From the NCBI GenBank assembly GCA_027622665.1, contig JAQBYT010000010.1, forward strand, positions 1 through 64,000: 64,000 nt of DNA, written 5' to 3'. Below the pieces are notes generated by a model. That model was not told where the DNA came from and ran no database searches. It worked only from the letters and a program-made list of their open reading frames with translations. The translations under genes and the position numbers were made by a program. Shown in pieces: positions 58,065-64,000 of the stretch. The first letter of the stretch is position 1, and every line of letters starts with the position of its first letter. This stretch comes from Verrucomicrobiota bacterium. GTDB taxonomy: Bacteria; Verrucomicrobiota; Verrucomicrobiia; Opitutales; Seribacteraceae.

Positions 58065-60580
58065 CGCCTACACGAGCATGCTTATATTTTGCCTTTGTCC
58101 TTTCCTTTACGGCTTGCGGCGACAAGGCAGACCGGGGCACTAACAAGACGAATGGTGAATCGGGAGAAAAAGAGGAAAAGGTAAAACTAGTAACGATCGA
58201 AGGAATCCGTCGACCGGAAAGCTTCATCGTGGAAAAGCTCCACGACATACCATTGGTCCCCTTCGGTTCATTGATCAGCCTAACCTTCGACTCCAAGGGA
58301 GACCTTCTGGCGGGTTCCGAGAAGGGTCCTCTCAGTCGTATTCGCTTGAACGACGAAGGGAGGGTCGAGGAAATGGAGGTAGTCCGAGGTGCCCCTGGGC
58401 AAGTTCATGGCATCCTGGAAGCATTCAACTCACTCTACTTGGTAAGTAATGAAAAAGAAGGACTCGTCAGATGCCGCGACGTGAATGATGACGGGATCTA
58501 TGACCAGACGGAACTTCTTCTGCCTCTGCAGGGAGAAGGTGAGCACGGACCACATGCGATTATTCTGTCAGCGGACGGCGAAAACCTAATCCTAATTGCG
58601 GGCAACCATTGCCCCACGACATTGGAGACGACCTTCTCTTCCTTGCCCGCCCCAGGCGGTTGGATTGGTCTCCTTCCCCCGGATGCCTCAAAGATCGAGA
58701 TTATCGCCTCAGGTCTACGGAATGCCTACGACGTAGTTCTCAATGCTCAGGGTGACCTCTTCACCTGTGACTCAGACGCCGAACAAGACGCAGGGCTTCC
58801 TTGGTATCGCCCTCCACGCTTTCTTCATGCTGTCAATGGAGCTGACTTCGGCTGGCGGAAAGGTCCTGAAAAATGGCCCAAGCACTATGCCGACTCCTTG
58901 CCTCCTATCGCAGAGCTCGGACCATCGTCACCGGCCGGATTGGTGTCGGGACACCTCACCCATTTTCCAAAACCTTACAAGAACGCCATTTTCGTCTTGG
59001 ATTGGACCTTCGGAACCATACACAGCATCCATCTGAAACCGGAAGGGGCAGGCTACAAAGCGAAAAGTCAGGTATTTCTCTCAGGGCCAAACATGCCGGT
59101 AACCGATGCGGCAATTCATCCTGACGGGTCACTCTATTTCGTGACGGGTGGTCGGGGCGTTCCCTCCAAGTTGTACCGAGTTCGACACGAAAATCCAACC
59201 GGACCGAGTCAAGAATCTCAGCCTAGCCCGAGGCTCAGGGAACAAAGGCTCAGACTCGAGAGTTTTCACCAGAGTAATCCTAGCGACAGGGCTCTTCGTG
59301 AAGCATGGGAAAGCTTGGGCAACCCTGATCGTTGGGTTAGGCATGCCGCTCGAATCGCCCTTGAGAGACAACCCGTAGATGGTTGGCGTACCCTTTTTGA
59401 AAAAGAGACAAACAATCGGGCATCCATCCACGCTTCGCTTGCCCTTGCCCGCAAAGCCCCCGTCCATCGCCGGGCCGCACTTGCAAAACTTAGCAATTTG
59501 AATTTCGAGTCATTGAACGAGGGAAACCAACTCGCCTACCTGCGAACACTTGCGATTGCCTCCAAGATAGACCCCGCTCCACCGCCGGAGCTGTTGGCCA
59601 TAATAACCCCGCAGTTGAACGCGGCCTACCCTGCCGCAAGCGATGCCCTCAACATGGAGTTGAGTCGTATTCTCAGTCGTCTCGAACCCAAGGGTTTCAT
59701 CAACAAGACCCTCAATCTTCTGCAAACTCGTCGTAGTTCCCGCACTGACGTAGATTTCGCCATACTGAACCAAAACCCAACTTACGGAGATAGGTTCCGA
59801 CGCTTTGCGGAAAGTCCGGCCGACCCACTCGGTCTCCACTTGGCCTTCATGGCGTCCCATGCCGATGCCGGAAATTGGCGACCCGCCCAAATGCAACGAC
59901 TGGCAAGCTGGTTGCGCGAGTCATTGAAACATGCTCCTACAGGCACTAACTACCACGATGTTATTAATCGCCTTTCGGACAATGTCGAAAACGCTTTGAC
60001 TCCGACTAGGAGGGCAAAACTGGGAGCACGTGCAACATCGCCATCAAGTCCTCGTATACTCCCGCAAGGTCCGGGCAGCAACTGGACGTTGACCGCAGCA
60101 TTGAAAGCGACCGAGGCGCTAAGCAGTCGCAATTTTGCAAACGGTCGACGAACCTATGAAGCCGCCTCTTGCGCCGATTGCCATATTTTCGCAGGCAAGG
60201 GAAAAGCACTCGGACCCGTTCTCGACGGCTTGTCTCAACGTTACTCTCGAGGAACTATGCTTGAGGCCATCATTCACCCAAGCCGAGCACTACCCGAAAC
60301 CTACGCCACTTCCGTCATTACTACCAAAAGCGGCAATGTCTTTTCCGGTCGCATCGTATCACGGGACAAAGAGGGTCTGTTTATAGCGGAAAATCCATTC
60401 GCTCCCAATGACATTGCAAGACTCGAACAAAGCGTTATTAAACAAGAAGAAACCTCGCTAATTTCCCCAATGCCTACCGGCTTATTGAACTCGCTGAATC
60501 CAGACGAATTGAAAGACTTGACGGCCTACCTACTAGCTGATGGGAAGGTGGAAGACTCTAGATTTTTTCGTTCCAATTGA
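58061..60580 (+). CDS. PVC-type heme-binding lipoprotein (propeller, HEAT, cytochrome c)
   Basis: GTG start overlapping the kdgD stop; lipobox FTAC; GEHGPHA, SGLRNAYD, DSDAE, CADCH, SPMPTGLL; paralog of 22728. Confidence 0.85.
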   Translation: MTPTRACLYFAFVLSFTACGDKADRGTNKTNGESGEKEEKVKLVTIEGIRRPESFIVEKLHDIPLVPFGSLISLTFDSKGDLLAGSEKGPLSRIRLNDEGRVEEMEVVRGAPGQVHGILEAFNSLYLVSNEKEGLVRCRDVNDDGIYDQTELLLPLQGEGEHGPHAIILSADGENLILIAGNHCPTTLETTFSSLPAPGGWIGLLPPDASKIEIIASGLRNAYDVVLNAQGDLFTCDSDAEQDAGLPWYRPPRFLHAVNGADFGWRKGPEKWPKHYADSLPPIAELGPSSPAGLVSGHLTHFPKPYKNAIFVLDWTFGTIHSIHLKPEGAGYKAKSQVFLSGPNMPVTDAAIHPDGSLYFVTGGRGVPSKLYRVRHENPTGPSQESQPSPRLREQRLRLESFHQSNPSDRALREAWESLGNPDRWVRHAARIALERQPVDGWRTLFEKETNNRASIHASLALARKAPVHRRAALAKLSNLNFESLNEGNQLAYLRTLAIASKIDPAPPPELLAIITPQLNAAYPAASDALNMELSRILSRLEPKGFINKTLNLLQTRRSSRTDVDFAILNQNPTYGDRFRRFAESPADPLGLHLAFMASHADAGNWRPAQMQRLASWLRESLKHAPTGTNYHDVINRLSDNVENALTPTRRAKLGARATSPSSPRILPQGPGSNWTLTAALKATEALSSRNFANGRRTYEAASCADCHIFAGKGKALGPVLDGLSQRYSRGTMLEAIIHPSRALPETYATSVITTKSGNVFSGRIVSRDKEGLFIAENPFAPNDIARLEQSVIKQEETSLISPMPTGLLNSLNPDELKDLTAYLLADGKVEDSRFFRSN

Positions 60581-60831
60581 TTGAATTGCAGAAGTAAATT
60601 CAACGGCAGATCCGGAATAATTCTTCGTCTGACTGATCTGAAGCAACGCCGCTAGCAAGGGTTAACCTTGGTTCATGACTATGTCGAGTTGAGGTGGTTC
60701 CACCCGGAGCGTAAAGGCAGGCAAGGACGCCACGCATAACATCACCATCTCAACGGCTCAGGGTCACAACTAATCAAAATTGGTAACGCATTGGCGTTGG
60801 AATAGATACATTTGTCGGTGACAACTAATAT

Positions 60832-61090
60832 ATCCTGACCGCGCAAGGCATTCTCCAACTCATCGAAGTCGCTTCAGGCAAGATCGTGAAGAGGTCCCCC
60901 GTGGGCAAATACTGCAAACGGAGCCCGTTCATTCATGTGGAGTAGGAAGCTCTACGACACCGACAAAGCACACCAGAGCCTTATCCTTTCGGCCGACCTC
61001 GACTTCGAAGTCCTAACCGGAAACCCCGCAAACAAAATGCCCCAAGGTTCCCCGCCTTCTCTACCGGGCAGGCATTTCTACGCATCTAAG
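60832..61090 (+). pseudogene. Decayed C-terminal fragment of a PQQ-like beta-propeller gene
   Basis: ILTAQGILQLIEVASGKIVKR..VGKYC..SP, a frameshift, then KLYDTDK..SLILSADLDFEVL...GSP, resembling the end of the 43854 protein. Confidence 0.5.
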
Positions 61091-61129
61091 AACGCCTATG
61101 CGGCAGGGGCAAGTCACTCTAAAAGGTCA

Positions 61130-61859
61130 TCATTTTTTCTTACCCCAGCGCGTTTCCCAGATGGCGGCAAGTTGTTCGACACGTTCGGGGTACTTGGGGG
61201 CAATGTTATTTGTTTCAGTGCGATTCTCGGCGAGATGGTAGAGGGCCCAGGGACGCCTACCTTCGCGGACGATCTTGTACTCGCCCTTCACGATGGCATG
61301 AGTACCGCCGTGGTTGAAGACGTAGGCGTGGTCGCGATCGACGGTCTTGCCTTTAAGGATCGGGACCAGCGAGAAGCTTTCGTGGGGTTTGGTTTCCTTG
61401 CCGTTGAATTCCTCGGGGTACTCAGCCTCGGCGAGCTCTAGACAGGTGGCCATCATATCGACGACGTGTCCTCGCTGTTTTGAGATGGAGCCAAGTTTGG
61501 TCTTCAAGCCGGCGGGCCAATGGACGATGGCGGGCGTGCAGGCCCCTCCGTTGTGGACATTCATCTTGTAGCGGCGCATGGGGGTGTTTTGGGCATTGGC
61601 CCAGTTGTGCCCTACGCTGCCGTAGGTCATGGGGCCGCCCATGGGGACGTCGAACTTGTCGCCCACGGCAATGGTCTTACCGGCTTTCTTGGCCTTGGCG
61701 AGTATGTTGTTTGCCGTGTTCCAGCCGTTGCCGCCGAGGTGTTCGGGACAGGCCCCGTTGTCATGGAAGTAGATGATGAGGGTGTCGTCGAGTTGCTTTG
61801 TTTTTTCGAGGGCTTGGACAATATTGCCCACAGCTTGGTCCATGTGGTCGACCATGGCC
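61130..61859 (-). pseudogene. C-terminal half of an arylsulfatase
   Basis: MVDHMDQAVG, DNGA, WANAQNTPMR.YK, HVVDMMATCLELA, LYHL..NRTE; no CxPxR N-terminus or signal peptide. Confidence 0.85.
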
Positions 61860-61924
61860 TCTCCCCCCGCTGGAGGATCGCGTCAAGCCATGGGACACCA
61901 TAGACCACAAGCCATGGCGTATTC

Positions 61925-62603
61925 TGACGAAGGGCTCGCACAGGTAGCAAAGCTAAAGAACATCGTTTCACTACATCTTGGAGGAACCAAGATAACTGGT
62001 GCGGGCATGGTACACTTGAAGGGATTGAAACAACTTCAGCGACTTCATCTAGAGAAAACCGAAGTTGACGACGACGGTCTCGCCGAACTCGGAGGTTTAT
62101 CCGAGCTCGAATACCTTAATCTCCATGCCACAAAAACAACTGACGCAGGATTGGAGAATCTGGTCGGTCTCAACAAACTTAGATGCCTCTACCTTTGGCA
62201 AACCAAGGTTACCGATGAGGGGGTGACTAAACTTGGGAAGGTTCTTCCCGATCTCGTCATAGATACCGGAGCCGACCTCTCCACGGTCACTGCCTCAGAA
62301 CCTCCTGCAAAAAAAGTAGACATCAAATGGAATCCCGCCGGGACCGTGGGACCGCCCCGTTCACAAAACGGTCCAAATACCGCCATTCACTTCGAAAACA
62401 AGTCGGGGAGGAAAGTAAAGGTGTTCTGGCTCAAGTACACGGGCGGTTTGCAATTATACGGCGAATTGAATGAAGGCGATACTCGACGGCAAAATACCTA
62501 CGCGGGGAACGTATGGGTAATCACCGATGAGAAAGACAACCGGCTCGGACACTTCATCTCCGTAAAAGACGATGGACTGGCTATTGTCCCGCTAATAAAG
62601 TAA
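61925..62603 (+). pseudogene. 5'-truncated leucine-rich-repeat + VHL beta-domain gene
   Basis: LRR units L..L.L..T.(V/I)TD.G; then FENKSGRKVKVFWLKYTG..QLYGEL..G...QNTY.GNVW. The N-terminal part of the listed ORF is derived from sulfatase DNA. Confidence 0.75.
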
Positions 62604-62624
62604 AAAGAACGAAGAAAGTCTTCG

Positions 62625-63670
62625 AAAGAATCGTGAAGGTAATTAGCGTCCATCACCATCGGTGATTACGCAAAAGGATCAACTTGTCGTTGGGCAACAC
62701 GTCCGAGGATGCAACATAAGCGTTACCATCGGCATCCCAACGAATGGGAAGCGGGAGTTCCGCCCCTAGCAATTCATCGTCGAAAAGGTTTATGTCGAAA
62801 CCATCGAGCACCTAAAAAGACTTCATTTCCGTTTCAACATCGATTCCCTTGAATCCGGTCAATTCAGAAGATTTCCGAGTAATGGGTGGTTGATCTGCAA
62901 AAACCCGAGCCTATGCATTCTCTATGAGTCCAGGCTAAGTCGACCACTCCTGCTTGAAAGAAGGCAAGCCCCTTGACGCATTCGAGAATACGCGGCGATT
63001 CTCATCGCCAAAAAGACATTTCCAATTGGCGGGTCTCCAGTACTCGTACCAAAGCCTATGCTTTTCACGCACAGTTGCGACTAACTTGGTGGACGGTTTA
63101 ATTTCCTCCACGAAATCACGAATAAAAGGAATATTGCGGGGAGTAGCCATTTCCTCGACCGCCAGAGTGTAGACGTCGAAGGAGGTCTCCTCGACACTCC
63201 ATTCGAATGCCGAGGGAACAAGCAAGGTCACATCCGTTCGTCGAGCGAGAATAGGGACCAGTTTATCGTAAGCCTTGGTAAAGTCTTCCAAGCGACGAGG
63301 ACCATCCAGTAACTGAATCTTACCGAACCGAGAGATCACCACAGTAGTCCCAACTTTCTTCAATTGCACGTCTCAATCCTCTAAGGTTTGTCACCGCCAA
63401 CGGTCAGAGATCTGTGCTTTGGCGGTAAACCGCATCTCCATCCCAAGCCAAATCCCGAAAACGAGGATTGGTGACAAGAAAGCGTTTCGTAATAGAAGTT
63501 TCTACAAGACCTTCCTTTTGCATCCGCACCATATCGGAACCACCGACGAAGGCCACAACATCATCTTTTTTTCAGAGCAAAATCGGGTTTAGCATCAGCA
63601 TCGGACGAGCAAAGATGAATCCCGTGGAGGACACCAATCGTAGCTAACAAGACCAGTTTGGCCAGTCAAT
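62625..63670 (-). pseudogene. Heavily decayed SGNH-like + PVC-type dehydrogenase gene (N-terminal part)
   Basis: Pieces DDVVAFVGGSD, RFRDLAWDGD, LWYEYWRPANW, EMKSF*VLDGFDINLF, IRWDADG, PNDKLILL, with several TAG stops and frameshifts. Confidence 0.75.
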
Positions 63671-63855
63671 CTCAAGACAACCCCGATGGCGATTGCAACT
63701 GAGAAACCCAATTTGCGGACGAGTAACTTCTAGCATCAGGCAACCTTTCCATCTAATTATTGGAAGTAAACGAACGTTGCATTAATACAGATTTAACCAT
63801 TCAAGTTTGAGACAAAATAAGTCCGAAACCAAACATAGATTAAGATAAAGGCGAT

Positions 63856-64000
63856 ATGCAGTCAGCGAAAGAAGCAATTAATCGACTACGAGAAGGCAAC
63901 CGGCGATTTGCCGAGGGTAATGAAAGCCTCCACTCGATTGCCGATTCGAAGAAAAGGAAGATGTTAATCGAGAGACAGAATCCATTTGCAATCATACTCG
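63856..64000 (+). CDS. Beta-class carbonic anhydrase, partial (runs off the window)
   Basis: Manual translation: MQSAKEAINRLREGNRRFAEG...QNPFAIIL(G), the typical lead-in to CSDSR. Confidence 0.8.
   Translation, partial: MQSAKEAINRLREGNRRFAEGNESLHSIADSKKRKMLIERQNPFAIIL

Noticed and set aside
60935..61441. 168-aa ORF as a real gene
   Set aside because: A mosaic of a propeller remnant and the antisense strand of the arylsulfatase fragment.
1..64000. rRNA, tRNA, prophage, integrase or IS elements
   Set aside because: None recognised by eye; intergenic gaps are short or filled by pseudogene fragments. A covariance-model scan would be needed to exclude small ncRNAs.

Overview
A gene-dense 64 kb stretch of bacterial chromosome, almost certainly PVC superphylum and most likely a Verrucomicrobiota (Opitutales-like) organism. 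This is inferred from its DUF1592/DUF1552, DUF1501, DUF1080, DUF3500, DUF6797, PVC-type heme-binding CxxCH and giant verrucomicrobial PilX-like genes. Exported glycan- and organic-matter-processing proteins dominate: sulfatases, a PL10 pectate lyase, DUF1080 proteins, a Tat-exported Gfo/Idh/MocA oxidoreductase and c-type cytochrome beta-propellers. Also present are an aldarate catabolic cluster, a hydroxyproline-pathway deaminase (hypD-like), a deoC operon with a split ALDH16-type dehydrogenase, a Phd/PIN toxin-antitoxin pair and a REP-like repeat cluster at the left edge. I saw no rRNA, tRNA, CRISPR or transposase. Most notable: (1) an exported zinc peptidase + VHL-beta + sulfatase fusion that keeps the hydroxyproline-recognising residues of human pVHL; (2) a human-DERA-like aldolase with a two-gene ALDH16; (3) several chimeric pseudogenes whose junctions show microhomology, including an apparent micro-inversion; (4) an orphan 1726-aa PilX-like protein with a companion gene; (5) repeated promoters placed directly against start codons. 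All family calls come from motif recognition by eye, not database searches.
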